The translations under genes were made by a program, and so were the position numbers. This document shows positions 19,001-29,627 of a DNA stretch of 64,000 nucleotides, in pieces; position 1 is the stretch's first letter, and each line of letters starts with the position of its first letter. Under the pieces are notes generated by a model, which made no database searches, was not told the origin of the DNA, and saw nothing but the letters and a program-made list of their open reading frames with translations. The DNA is taken from positions 1 through 64,000 of the IMG/VR virus record IMGVR_UViG_3300047558_000137; one strand, given 5' to 3'.

Positions 19001-22000
19001 TAAGAATAGCAGCTTTCCGTGGTATTACAGCGACATGGTTCCGCAGGGCGGCGACTTTACGTCTATCACCTATACTGTAATAAACGCTAGACAAAAGAAT
19101 TACGAAATACGTAGTATTTTTAATCTGTCAGAATTAAGCAATCGTGCAGTATTAATCTGGGTCAATGGCGTTCAGCAAATCCATGGTATAGACTATACAT
19201 TTAGTCCCAATACACCAGCGGTTATATTCTCTCGCACGTTTGCAGTAGATGACATTATTCTAATTAGAGATTACTTTAATACCGATGGTAACTACATTCC
19301 CGAGACGCCAACTAAGTTAGGTTTGTATCCTAGCTTTACTCCTGAGATCTATGAAGATACTACATATCTGGCCCCAACAGATGTTATAAGAGGACACGAT
19401 GGTAGCATTACACCGGCCTTTGGTGATTTTCGGGATCAGTATCTATTAGAACTTGAAAAACGTATCTACAATAATATTAAGATTGATTATAATAATAATT
19501 CAATTAATATCAATGATGTTGTTCCAGGAAGATTTAGAACAACAGAATATTCAACTGAAGAATACAATTACATATTATCCAAGTCGTTCGTTGCATGGGC
19601 CGGCGAGAATAGTGTGGACTATACGTTAAACGATACATTTGATACAAATAATCCATGGACTTGGAATTATAAAGCAAGCCCAGATATATTAGACAGACGT
19701 GCTTTAACTGGATCATGGCGTGCTATTTACAATTATTGGTTTGACACCGACACCCCTAATATAACACCTTGGGTAATGTTAGGTTTTAGTAGTGAGCCGT
19801 CTTGGTGGGAAGATAGGTATGGTGCGGCACCATACACTAGCGGTAATACGTTGTTATGGGAAGATTTGGAAGCAGGATATATCTGGAACAATGGGTCTCC
19901 GTATACAGATAAACGTTTTGCTCGCCTTGGGTTAACGGGATTCGTCCCTGTTGATACTGCAGGTAACTTATTACCCCCACCTGCGGTTCCAGTAACTGCC
20001 CAGGTTAGCACGAAGCACACTGGCGATCAATATTCTGCTTGTGAATATGGTCCTGCAGAAGTAGCATGGCGCAGAAGCAGCGATTATCCGTTTGCTATTC
20101 AAACTGTACTTGCACTAACCAAGCCGGCATTGTATTTTAGTACTCAACTTGATACCTCAAAATTCTATATCAATGAGCAAACCGGGCAGTTTTCAACTAG
20201 CGATAATAAGAAAATATCTCCGGCATATATTTCTGTAAACGGAGATACTAGTTCAGTCCCTGGCAGCACTATCAGAACAAGTGGTTACATTAATTGGGTT
20301 GCAGACTCAATTAAAACATTGGGCAAAGATCCGGTATCTATAATTAATTCTTACTTTAAGAATTTGTCTATCCAGCTGTCTTATAAGATTGGTGGATTCA
20401 CTGATAAGAACATTTTAAGTGTGTTTGCAGAACAAACTACACCTGGGTCAACTAATGCCAGTGTTATTGTGCCAGACACAAATTATGATATCTACTTAAA
20501 CAAATCTGTAGCACAAGAGAAATTAGTTTATAGTGCAGTTATTGTTGAGCGTACTATTAATGGATATGCAGTATCGGGATATGATACAACTAATCCATTC
20601 TTTAAAATTTATCCTAGCATTGTTAATAATAATAAACACCAGGTTACAATTGGCGAAGCAACTACAACAATTTATAACGATGCAGAAAAAACAACAAAGT
20701 TAATCCCTTACGGAACAGAATTCGCTACGGTCCAACAGGTTTCAGACTTTTTAATAAGTTATGAACGCTATTTAAGTTCGCTTGGATTCCAATTTACTAA
20801 ATTTGATGCAGATCTGGAAGTAGAAAGAAATTGGACATTAAGTGTAAGGGAGTTGTTACACTGGAGCCAACAAGCATGGGCACCTGGGACAATTATTATT
20901 TTAAATCCGGTATCATCTGCAATTGATCTTAGTATTAACGGAACTATAGTTGATGAAGTGTCTAATACACCACTAGGTAGTAAAATATTAGACCAAAACT
21001 TTTTACCTATTAGAAACAATGCATTTAGCATTGTAAGAACTGATAATCCAATATACGGAAACACTTTTAGAATTTCTGCTATTGATGGGTCTAACGTGTG
21101 TTTTGCAAGTTTGGATACTATACAATATGAACATGTTCTAATTGTTGATAATATTAGTGAGTTTGGGGATATTTTCTATGTTCCTAAGTTAGGCACACGT
21201 CAATTCCGTTTACGCCTATCTGGATCTAAAACAGGTGGATGGACCGGAGCATTAAGCGCACCCGGATACATCTACAATGACCCGATTATTAATACATGGT
21301 CTGCAGGAAAAGATTATAGACTTGGTGATTTAATTACCTATAAGAATTTATACTATACTGCAAATAAAAATATTCCAGCAGCAACCACATTTGATTCTAC
21401 TGTATGGACTCAAATTAATAAGTCTAGTATTAAAACTGGATTGTTACAAAGTTTCGGTCACAACGCACAGCAATTTGATCGCATATACGATATTGATAAA
21501 CCAATTAATAACGAAAAACTATTACAATACAGCGCAGGTTTAATTGGGTTTAGACAACGCTCATATTTAACAGACCTAGGTATTGATATTCCAACTCAGA
21601 CTAAATTCTATCAAGGATATATTAAAGAGAAGGGCAGTTTAAATTCAATATCAGCACTAACCTCAACTAACTTTAATAACGTTAGTGGTGCAATTAATAT
21701 TAATGAAGAATGGGCATTCCGTGTTGGCACTTACGGCGGAGTTAATGGCAATATTTTTAAAGAGTTTGTCTTAGACCAAAGTATATTTACAACTAATCCA
21801 GTAGCGTTTTTATTAACAGATACATATAACGCAGGTAACATTATCGTAAATCTTTCAACTGCAAATGTGTATAACGCAAGTAATATATCTAGTATTACAA
21901 CAGACATTTACAGTAATAGAACAATCGATCGTTACATGGCAGACATGCCAAGTGTTGGCTATGTAAATATGCAAGATATTGATTATACTTCATTTGATAT

Positions 22001-25000
22001 AGACCATTTTACTGGATCATTATCTGCTTTAGGGGCCGGAGATAAGATTTGGGTAGCAAAAGACACTGACCGAGGTTGGGACGTATTCCGTGTTAACGAA
22101 ACTGGAATCCATGCTACACAAATAAGTTATTCATTGAATGACTACGCACAAGTTAAATTTGATGCAGCACACTCATTTGTTGAAGATGACGCATTTGTAT
22201 TGAAATATTTCAATGATGCATTAGATGGTATATATCGTGTGGTAAACGTTGTAAACTCTACAACAGTAACAATTACAGTAACTGGTGCTGGTCGTAGTAA
22301 AGTTATTGTGGCCCCTGTAACGGGCAATGGTTCAATCTATTCATTAGATTCTGCACGATATCAAACTACACAAGAGTTCATTGATGCTCAAATTCCTCTA
22401 CATGGATGGAATAACAATGATCATATCTGGGTTGATCAAGCAACGTTCGATGGAACAAAGCAAGGGTGGGGTGTTTATACATTTAACAGACCATGGGCCG
22501 CTAACTTAGTAACACAAATAACTGCCAATACTGTTACAGGAAACGATCGTTTTGGTACAGCAGTATGCATTAGTACTGATTCTAAGTATGTTTATGTTGG
22601 TAATCCTGGTAACAAGAGTGTTCAAGTCTTTGCTAATGTAAACGGTACATTTGTTTCTAATGTAACGGTATCAAATGTTAATGCAAACTTTGGTAGCACG
22701 GTAGATAGTCAAGGCAATGTATTGGTAATCGGCAGTGGTAGTGATGCAAACGTTCACATATATCGTCACGCTAGCGGTACAGTGACTAAACTACAAACTA
22801 TTAACTCATCGAACGTATCTGCTGTTAGCAGTGTAACAGTAAGTTCGGATCTGCATTGGTTGTATGTTGGCGATGCAAATACTAATATTGTGGAAGCCTA
22901 TTATTCAAACAATGGCGGAACAACATACACCTGGGCCAATAAAATTACTGGCACTGCAAGTAGCAAATTTGGTAATGTAATTAAAACATCGAGTGATGGT
23001 GCTTTGCTATTTGTTGCTGCACCGAACGCAACCAATGTATATGCAAGAAATGGTAATGTTTATTATTATACAAGAACAGCTAATGCATTTGCATTAACAC
23101 AAACAATATCAAGTCAAAGTCAGAATGATTCTGCGTTGTTTGGGTATAGCATAGACATTGACTCAACAGGCGGCAATCTATTCATTGGTGCACCAGGAAG
23201 CACAGCATCAGGGTATCCTACTGGCGTAGTTGAAAGACATATACTTGGCGGCCTAGGCCAGTTTTATTATGACCAAACGTTTGAGCAACCCACAAACGAC
23301 ATAGGTCGAATGGGAACAAGTGTAAGTGTAAACAACAACTCAACACTACTGGCAGTAGGAAGTCAAGGTAGTGCCACTGATGAGCATACATATTTTGATG
23401 ATTACTTAACTATTATTGATTCTGATACAACAAAGTTTGTTGATGAAATATACAATAGTGGTGTTACATACATATATGAAAATATTATTGACCCATTTAT
23501 TACCAATGATAAAGGTCGATTTGTATTTGTACAAGAATTAGAAACTCAATTATATTCCGGAGATCAATTTGGCCAAGCAGTTGATGTTACAGATGGATTA
23601 ATTACAGTGGGAGCACCGGGGTCAAGTAATAATGCAGGTGCCTCATACATATTCTCAAACCCTACACACAGTACCGCATGGACAATTACTAGAAAACAAG
23701 AACCTAAAGTTGATATTAACAGTATCAGTCGATCATTTATCTATAACAAGAAGAATGATAACATTCTAGCGGCACTTGATTATATTGATCCAGCAAAAGG
23801 AAAGATATTAGATGCAGCCGATCGAGATATCGACTTCCGTACAACCAAAGATCCTGCACTATATAACAATGGTTCCCGCGGAATCCACGCCGATTTGCAC
23901 TGGAATGCTTCGCAAGTTGGTAAGATATGGTGGAATTTGGATACAATTCGCTTCATTGATTATGAACAAGATGCGTTAATCTATAGATTGACTAACTGGG
24001 GCAAACAATTCCCAGGAAGTACAGTTGATGTATACGAATGGGTTGAAAGCACAGTATTACCGAGCCAGTACACTGGTCCAGGTATTGCAGTTTATGCTGA
24101 TGACAGTGCATACAGTACCTACGGTTACGTAGATCAAAGCGGCAATGTTAAAGTAAAATATTATTTCTGGGTTAAAGAAAAAAATACAATCAATACTCGG
24201 GCCGGAAAACGTAACAGTGTATTAAGTATCGCGGCATCAATTGATAATCCACTTAGCCAAGGTATACCTTATGCTACTGTTTTACGCAATGACAGTGTAG
24301 CATTATATAATGTTAACAATGTATTAATGGGTCAAAATTCAGTATTGCATTTAGGTACTAAAGTTAGCGATGCGAATTTGATACATTCTGAATATAGATT
24401 AGTTGATGAGGGCGTGGGAACAAAACTCCCAACAAATATCGTTAATAAATTAATCGATAGTTTATCAGGAATTGACCAGGCTGGTAATCCTGTTCCTGAT
24501 CCAGCACTACCAGTAAGCCAACGGTACGGTATTAATGTTAGACCTCGTCAAACTATGGTAATCGATACTGCCGAAGCTCTATATAGCACAATATCGTTAA
24601 TCAATTTATATTTGTCTCAATACCCAGTAGTTAAACGTAAATCTTTAACTACATTAAACAGCAGTGAAGACATTCCAGCAGAAGATTCTGGCGATTACGA
24701 TTTAGCTGTTGAGACTAAAGATGAATTAGGTTATGTGAATACAGCGGGTCTAACAGCCGGATACCGAGTTTTAGTAACAACAGATAGTTCACAGTCAACT
24801 AAATGGGCAATTTACGAATATAACGGTACAGCGTTTGATACTACACCTGTAAGAGTACAGAGTTATAAAACTAACTTGTATTGGAATTATATTGACTGGT
24901 TTGATAGTTCATATGACCCAACCTCAATTCCAGATATAACAGTTAATACTCTATTAGATTTAGGTAAACTGACCTTAGTTGCAGGGCAATATATTAAAGT

Positions 25001-27305
25001 ATTAGATGACGGTCATGGAAAGTTTGTAGTTTACTACGTAAATAGTGATTTAACGACAACTATTGTTGGCATTGAAAGCGGAACAATTTATGTTCCTGTA
25101 GAAACAGCACCGCCTCCATTAGAAACTCGTCAGATGTTACTAGCGGCATTAAATGAAATATTTGTTGATGATATTGCTGATCAATTTAACAACATATTCT
25201 TTACTATGGTACGTTATGTTCTAAGTGAGCAGAAGAACGTTGACTGGGTGTTTAAGACTAGCTTTATTAGTGCAGTTCAAAACATTCGTAAGCTAGAGGA
25301 ATTCCCGGCATATATTGCTGATAATCAGGATTTCTATTTAGACTATATCAATGAAGTTAAACCATACAGAACAGTAATCCGTGAATTTATTATTGATTAC
25401 GAGCGTAATGATAGCTTTAGTGGTGATATCACCGACTTTGATTTAGTTCCTTATTGGGATGCAAACGTACAAGTTTATCGTAGCCCAAGCGGAGAGCAAG
25501 TATACGATCGAGCATTACAACAATCTGGAGTTAACAGCCAATGGTATAAAAATTATACCTATGGGGTAGTTGATGTATTAATTGAAGATGCTGGCTCAGG
25601 GTATCTTTTTGCACCTCAGATTACAATTGTTGGAAATGGCACAGGGGCAGAAGGCTATGCTGAGATCGTTGACAATAAATTATCTAGAATTGTTATAACA
25701 AAACCTGGTACTGGGTATACAGAAATACCTAGAATTATAATTAATGGTACAGGTTCTGGTGCTCGTGCGCGGGCCGTATTAAGAAATGTGTTTAGTGGAG
25801 ATAATACAGGCCACAATGTTGTACGCAGTATCAAGACCAATATTAAATTTGACCGAGTGTCTTACCATGCAGCCAATACATTTGTAAATTGGGACACAGT
25901 ATCAAACGCACAAGTTATTGCTGCTAATACTGTTATTAATTTAAATGATACACTATTTAGATTAAATGAATTTGATTATACAGTTAACTCTAGCATAGAC
26001 TTCCCAATTGGTAATGTTACTCAAATTAGTGCGGCAGAGTTTAACTTAGCCAACGATCGTATTACCGCGTTTAACGGTAACATTGATTTATCATTGATGG
26101 TTGACGGTATAAGTTATCCTGGTGTTACTGTTGATGGTAATACTGCTATCTTGTGGACTCCAGAATTACTAGCATACCCAGATACATTAATTACATATGA
26201 AGGTAATTTATATATTACCACTGGCAATGTGTTTGATGTTGGCGGAACATTTGCAAATATTTCAGCTAATGTTAAATTAGTTGACGTTAACTCAATGACT
26301 AAAGTAGGGATCGGTACTGATAGCATCATAATGAGTCAATATACAGATACATTTGGCGTAGATCCAAGTGAGATTCTGATAGACGGCGGAAAATACGTTG
26401 ATCGATTTAGTAGTCATGCACCTGAAGAAATGGTCCCAGGTCGTATTTTTGACAGTTTAAATCTAACAGTATTCTCAAATACAAGTACTACATCAAATGA
26501 TTATGCATTTAGATTGTTTGATAATATGAATGAGAATCACAGTTTCTATAGAATTAGTGATGTAAACACAACTACGTTAAGTGCTAATCTAGCAATTACT
26601 GATACCGAAATACAAGTTACAGACGCTAGTGTATTTCCTGCACCAAACCCAACGTTGGCTATACCTGGCGTAGTATTTGTTAATAATGAAAAGATTACCT
26701 ATTATTCAATTGACACAGTGGCCAATACATTAGGCAATATTCGTCGTGCAGTAGACGGTACAGCGCCTGCTGATATGCATACTACAGGCTCGCTAGTAGT
26801 TGATGCAAGTATTCAGCAGATAGTGCCCGACACTTCTATTACTACAGCAAACGTTACATCAACTACAACCTATACTGCTACAGCAAACGTTACACTAGCA
26901 TTGCAGTTAACTGGTAATGTGACAGCTAATATCGGCGAATACATTGTTCAGAAGTTTGCAAATACTACAGTTGCAGCAAATCTTCGTGTACTTGGAAATG
27001 TAACGTCCGCCAATGTTGTTCCTGTAGTTAAGATTAGTGGAGCATTAACTACGCTAACCGGAAATACTATGACAATTCATGGCGCAGCCAGTGCAAGTAC
27101 TATTACCGCAGCAACACCTGTTGGTAGTGTATATGCAAACGGCAATGTCGTAATATCTGCAACAACGGCCAACTATAAATTGTTGAAACAAACACAGGCA
27201 TGGTATACACCAGGCGGGTCTACACCAACAGACGGCACTGGATTAATTAACAGTACTACCGATCAAGCGGTCTTCTTGTTAGCACAACCAGGGTATATGC
27301 CATGA
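16044..27305 (+). CDS. Giant virion structural protein (3753 aa) with an FG-GAP-like beta-propeller
   Basis: Follows gp6; repeated FGxxV...GAPG motifs at about 22540-23660; GSGY/GTGA/KPGTGY wedge-type repeats near 25590-25770. Confidence 0.75.
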   Translation: MSLINTTTFLPSTFRTLTNQRFLGATLDQLYTPSVDVQINGYIGRTFAPTYKLKDNYVPELDILRKHYQLEPSLVTRDENDNVSFSTGYIDLLKEIENNGGLVNNHQRLFSAETYEFDGHFDYDKFVNYYNYYWLPNGPAAVNVYANRVPNQATFTVERNKAVGGYTFAEVGTHPNLQLTLARGGTYTFNLDQAGYNFWIQSSPGVSGVDPNVSTVTTREVFGVKNNGSSTGSITFRVPLNTAQEFYTKMDTNPKIPVTAAVDFHYSDIQGKLLSEFLTNFPDGIDGLNAALHNKTLIFVSNDQDDFFWTADNTTVIREDRCNVWRITLTPEGDDQRIELITDTVVTTKQKVFIGSGKTYASNQFWVDNTYRFKLVPPITAAQSYLYYQDSSDPTFYGQIKLVDNTTSTIDVANDILGKVGYTSPNGVKFTNGLKIAFDDSVIPSYYANKEFYVEGVGTAIGLVAVSETEVLEDFGANIDSVPDYITINRSSQDRNPWSRYNRWFHRDVINASAAFHNTSADYGPNIPARRPIIEFEPNLQLFNFGKKSKQIIDYITFDATDAFNDIEGNTTADIDGVTLQTGDRVVFGNDYDTTTLNKIYVVNIETINSLHYINLVPSDDSPILPGENVLVRGGATNATKTFNFDGTAWNLCQAKTSVNQAPLFDLLDNNGYSFADTTVYPGTNFVGTKFFGYTPNTSSTTNDSILGFPLKYQNFTNVGDISFSNFYDTDTFTYSGGTVKTNTGFIAKNSNLSVTGLYNNWVKSEEQSKQYQLFTKFFDGYVIDVNGTEKAFVQIDVDVGSQTKIPYTKIYLNNKLLTYKTDYDIIDYGVYKVVVFTDMPAVGDKIDVAIFSNTASELAYYEIPLNLDFNPLNESFDTIALGQIRTHYNKLIENTAITNTNNIPTQDNYLKTRGGTLLQHNAPLVYAMAFLNNPSINFMEGLQLARREYTKFKNKFLHLCTTLSNLDYADPISGVDTILKSINAVKNSSFPWYYSDMVPQGGDFTSITYTVINARQKNYEIRSIFNLSELSNRAVLIWVNGVQQIHGIDYTFSPNTPAVIFSRTFAVDDIILIRDYFNTDGNYIPETPTKLGLYPSFTPEIYEDTTYLAPTDVIRGHDGSITPAFGDFRDQYLLELEKRIYNNIKIDYNNNSININDVVPGRFRTTEYSTEEYNYILSKSFVAWAGENSVDYTLNDTFDTNNPWTWNYKASPDILDRRALTGSWRAIYNYWFDTDTPNITPWVMLGFSSEPSWWEDRYGAAPYTSGNTLLWEDLEAGYIWNNGSPYTDKRFARLGLTGFVPVDTAGNLLPPPAVPVTAQVSTKHTGDQYSACEYGPAEVAWRRSSDYPFAIQTVLALTKPALYFSTQLDTSKFYINEQTGQFSTSDNKKISPAYISVNGDTSSVPGSTIRTSGYINWVADSIKTLGKDPVSIINSYFKNLSIQLSYKIGGFTDKNILSVFAEQTTPGSTNASVIVPDTNYDIYLNKSVAQEKLVYSAVIVERTINGYAVSGYDTTNPFFKIYPSIVNNNKHQVTIGEATTTIYNDAEKTTKLIPYGTEFATVQQVSDFLISYERYLSSLGFQFTKFDADLEVERNWTLSVRELLHWSQQAWAPGTIIILNPVSSAIDLSINGTIVDEVSNTPLGSKILDQNFLPIRNNAFSIVRTDNPIYGNTFRISAIDGSNVCFASLDTIQYEHVLIVDNISEFGDIFYVPKLGTRQFRLRLSGSKTGGWTGALSAPGYIYNDPIINTWSAGKDYRLGDLITYKNLYYTANKNIPAATTFDSTVWTQINKSSIKTGLLQSFGHNAQQFDRIYDIDKPINNEKLLQYSAGLIGFRQRSYLTDLGIDIPTQTKFYQGYIKEKGSLNSISALTSTNFNNVSGAININEEWAFRVGTYGGVNGNIFKEFVLDQSIFTTNPVAFLLTDTYNAGNIIVNLSTANVYNASNISSITTDIYSNRTIDRYMADMPSVGYVNMQDIDYTSFDIDHFTGSLSALGAGDKIWVAKDTDRGWDVFRVNETGIHATQISYSLNDYAQVKFDAAHSFVEDDAFVLKYFNDALDGIYRVVNVVNSTTVTITVTGAGRSKVIVAPVTGNGSIYSLDSARYQTTQEFIDAQIPLHGWNNNDHIWVDQATFDGTKQGWGVYTFNRPWAANLVTQITANTVTGNDRFGTAVCISTDSKYVYVGNPGNKSVQVFANVNGTFVSNVTVSNVNANFGSTVDSQGNVLVIGSGSDANVHIYRHASGTVTKLQTINSSNVSAVSSVTVSSDLHWLYVGDANTNIVEAYYSNNGGTTYTWANKITGTASSKFGNVIKTSSDGALLFVAAPNATNVYARNGNVYYYTRTANAFALTQTISSQSQNDSALFGYSIDIDSTGGNLFIGAPGSTASGYPTGVVERHILGGLGQFYYDQTFEQPTNDIGRMGTSVSVNNNSTLLAVGSQGSATDEHTYFDDYLTIIDSDTTKFVDEIYNSGVTYIYENIIDPFITNDKGRFVFVQELETQLYSGDQFGQAVDVTDGLITVGAPGSSNNAGASYIFSNPTHSTAWTITRKQEPKVDINSISRSFIYNKKNDNILAALDYIDPAKGKILDAADRDIDFRTTKDPALYNNGSRGIHADLHWNASQVGKIWWNLDTIRFIDYEQDALIYRLTNWGKQFPGSTVDVYEWVESTVLPSQYTGPGIAVYADDSAYSTYGYVDQSGNVKVKYYFWVKEKNTINTRAGKRNSVLSIAASIDNPLSQGIPYATVLRNDSVALYNVNNVLMGQNSVLHLGTKVSDANLIHSEYRLVDEGVGTKLPTNIVNKLIDSLSGIDQAGNPVPDPALPVSQRYGINVRPRQTMVIDTAEALYSTISLINLYLSQYPVVKRKSLTTLNSSEDIPAEDSGDYDLAVETKDELGYVNTAGLTAGYRVLVTTDSSQSTKWAIYEYNGTAFDTTPVRVQSYKTNLYWNYIDWFDSSYDPTSIPDITVNTLLDLGKLTLVAGQYIKVLDDGHGKFVVYYVNSDLTTTIVGIESGTIYVPVETAPPPLETRQMLLAALNEIFVDDIADQFNNIFFTMVRYVLSEQKNVDWVFKTSFISAVQNIRKLEEFPAYIADNQDFYLDYINEVKPYRTVIREFIIDYERNDSFSGDITDFDLVPYWDANVQVYRSPSGEQVYDRALQQSGVNSQWYKNYTYGVVDVLIEDAGSGYLFAPQITIVGNGTGAEGYAEIVDNKLSRIVITKPGTGYTEIPRIIINGTGSGARARAVLRNVFSGDNTGHNVVRSIKTNIKFDRVSYHAANTFVNWDTVSNAQVIAANTVINLNDTLFRLNEFDYTVNSSIDFPIGNVTQISAAEFNLANDRITAFNGNIDLSLMVDGISYPGVTVDGNTAILWTPELLAYPDTLITYEGNLYITTGNVFDVGGTFANISANVKLVDVNSMTKVGIGTDSIIMSQYTDTFGVDPSEILIDGGKYVDRFSSHAPEEMVPGRIFDSLNLTVFSNTSTTSNDYAFRLFDNMNENHSFYRISDVNTTTLSANLAITDTEIQVTDASVFPAPNPTLAIPGVVFVNNEKITYYSIDTVANTLGNIRRAVDGTAPADMHTTGSLVVDASIQQIVPDTSITTANVTSTTTYTATANVTLALQLTGNVTANIGEYIVQKFANTTVAANLRVLGNVTSANVVPVVKISGALTTLTGNTMTIHGAASASTITAATPVGSVYANGNVVISATTANYKLLKQTQAWYTPGGSTPTDGTGLINSTTDQAVFLLAQPGYMP

Positions 27306-27364
27306 TAAATACTGATAAATCGCAATTATCAAATAATAATTCGGAACAAACTGAGGAAAATACA

Positions 27365-28009
27365 GTGGAAAATACACAACAGCGCCCAAATGAAAACGGT
27401 GGAATCTATGTTAGAGGTCATATTAAGATTTTTGATCCAGAAACTAAAGAAGTTTTCATTGATAAAAGCAACGCAATTCACTATGAGAACTTCTCTGTAG
27501 CGTTGGCCAACAGTATTGCTAACAAAAGTCAAAATTTTATCTATGAAATGACCTTTGGTAACGGTGGTACTAGCGTCGACCCAACAGGTATTATCACTTA
27601 TTTGCCCACAAACACAGTTGGACAAAACACAAACTTGTACAACCCAACTTATAGCAAGATTATTGATGACACAAGTATTGCTAACGTTGATCCGTTAAAC
27701 AATAAAATGACCGTAAGTCATATTCCGGGTACCATTTATACAGACATTTTAGTTACTTGTCTATTAGACTATGGTGAACCAAATGGACAAAGTGCGTTTG
27801 ATAACAGTCAAAACTTAAATGGCGAATATGTTTTTGATGAATTAGGTTTGCGTGGCCGTAGCACTGACGGTACAGTTGGTCTGACTAGTACCGGGTTACT
27901 ATTAACACACGTTGTTTTTCATCCTGTACAAAAAGCCCTAAACAGATTAATTCAAATCGATTATACCGTGCGTGTTCAAACATTAACTAATCTAAGCACA
28001 ACAGGATAA
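27365..28009 (+). CDS. Virion structural protein (probable baseplate/fibre adaptor)
   Basis: GHIKIFDP...NAIHYEN...FDELGL...LLTHVVFHPVQK. GTG 27365 has GAGGA 7 nt upstream and lies downstream of the late-promoter motif, so preferred over track start 27302. Confidence 0.65.
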   Translation: MENTQQRPNENGGIYVRGHIKIFDPETKEVFIDKSNAIHYENFSVALANSIANKSQNFIYEMTFGNGGTSVDPTGIITYLPTNTVGQNTNLYNPTYSKIIDDTSIANVDPLNNKMTVSHIPGTIYTDILVTCLLDYGEPNGQSAFDNSQNLNGEYVFDELGLRGRSTDGTVGLTSTGLLLTHVVFHPVQKALNRLIQIDYTVRVQTLTNLSTTG

Positions 28010-28013
28010 TACA

Positions 28014-29624
28014 ATGAGCTATAAAATTAATAAGACCAACGGCGATGAGTTAGTAGAGCTGTTTGACGGAACAACGAACACAGATACAGGGCTAACATTA
28101 ATTGGTCGTAATTATATTAGTTACGGTGAAATTCAAAACGAAAACTTTATACGTTTACTAGAGAATTTTGCTGATACTATACCGCCAGGGCAAAGTGTGG
28201 GCTTCACTCCTATTGCTGGACAGTTATGGTGGGACACCGGAGCACTACGTTTAAAAGTATATGATGATAATACTGGTGAATTTATTCCTGTTAGCGAACA
28301 AACCTCTTCAAGTACAGAGCCAACAATAAAACAAACTGGTGACCAGTGGTGGGATATTAGCACACAGCAATTAAAAATATACACCGGAACCGGATGGCAA
28401 TTAATTGGTCCGATATATACACAGGCACAAGGCGTTAGTGGCGAAGTAGTAAGTACAATTACCGATACACATTCTGTTAGCCATTTAGTTGTAAATCAGT
28501 ATGTAGGCGGAAACCTAGTTGCTATTGTTAGTGCAGATACAGAATTTGCACCAGACCCGATTATTTCTGGGTTTGGTAATATTAGTCCTGGTATTAACTT
28601 AAAGTCCACAGAAATACTTAACTCTACTGCTAATAATGCAGTAAGAGTTGGTGGATTATATGCTAACGTTCTAGCCAGAACTGATGTTAACACAACATTT
28701 ACTAACGATGTATTTGTTGAAGGAACATTAGTATTAACTGATGCAAACGTTTATTTTGATAACAAATCTTTAGTACTACAAAATAAAAACTCCAATGGCA
28801 ACGTTGAAGTTTACATTAATAGCACAGTCAATGGTAACGTTAAGGCGTTAATGGTAGACGGTGATACAGGGTTGACTTATGTTTATGATGATCCAATAAA
28901 CAATACTGGTGTTGCAACCAAACGTTATGTTGATGTTGTTAATAGTGCATTAACAGGAATTGTTGGAACACAAATTGCTGAAATCAATGGTAACGTTGAA
29001 CAATTAAGTCAAGACGTTTACGCTAACATTGGATATAATATTAATTGGCTAAATGCTAATTTAGACTCAGTGCATTCTTATATTGATGCAAACGTAACTG
29101 CATTATCAAATTCTACTGATTTTAGATTTGCAGATGCAACAGCAAATGCCGCTGCACAGAGCGTACAGATAGATAACTTAGTAGCCGATGTTGCACTAAA
29201 GGCATACATTCACAATCCAAGTTTTACAGGAACCGTTACAGCGCCTAATGTGGCAGCAAATAATAACAGCAACGTTGTTGCAACTACTGCATACGTTGAT
29301 GGTTCTGCTGCAACAATGAGATCGGATTATATTAGCCGTGTTACTGCCGCTGAGACTATGGCTAACGTACAGTTGGCAGCAGGACTAGCATTAAAAGCAA
29401 ACATTGCTGGACCTATATTTACTGGTGAGCCTAAAGCAGATACTCCTGCTACAGGTGACAACAGCACAAGACTTGCTACTACTGCATTTGTTAATACTGC
29501 AATAACTAACAAACAATTTAATTACACGGTTGCATCAACTGCTGCTGGTGATTTAAATGGATTAATTTCTAGTACCAACAGCGGCGCAGGAAATGACGGA
29601 GACTTTTGGTTCCAGATTGGATAA
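28014..29624 (+). CDS. Tail fibre protein
   Basis: N-terminal module (GRNYISYGE.QNENF..LLENFA, GQLWWD) shared with the 32369 and 34350 genes; ATKRYVD, ATTAYVD and ATTAFV fibre motifs. Confidence 0.75.
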   Translation: MSYKINKTNGDELVELFDGTTNTDTGLTLIGRNYISYGEIQNENFIRLLENFADTIPPGQSVGFTPIAGQLWWDTGALRLKVYDDNTGEFIPVSEQTSSSTEPTIKQTGDQWWDISTQQLKIYTGTGWQLIGPIYTQAQGVSGEVVSTITDTHSVSHLVVNQYVGGNLVAIVSADTEFAPDPIISGFGNISPGINLKSTEILNSTANNAVRVGGLYANVLARTDVNTTFTNDVFVEGTLVLTDANVYFDNKSLVLQNKNSNGNVEVYINSTVNGNVKALMVDGDTGLTYVYDDPINNTGVATKRYVDVVNSALTGIVGTQIAEINGNVEQLSQDVYANIGYNINWLNANLDSVHSYIDANVTALSNSTDFRFADATANAAAQSVQIDNLVADVALKAYIHNPSFTGTVTAPNVAANNNSNVVATTAYVDGSAATMRSDYISRVTAAETMANVQLAAGLALKANIAGPIFTGEPKADTPATGDNSTRLATTAFVNTAITNKQFNYTVASTAAGDLNGLISSTNSGAGNDGDFWFQIG

Positions 29625-29627
29625 TAC

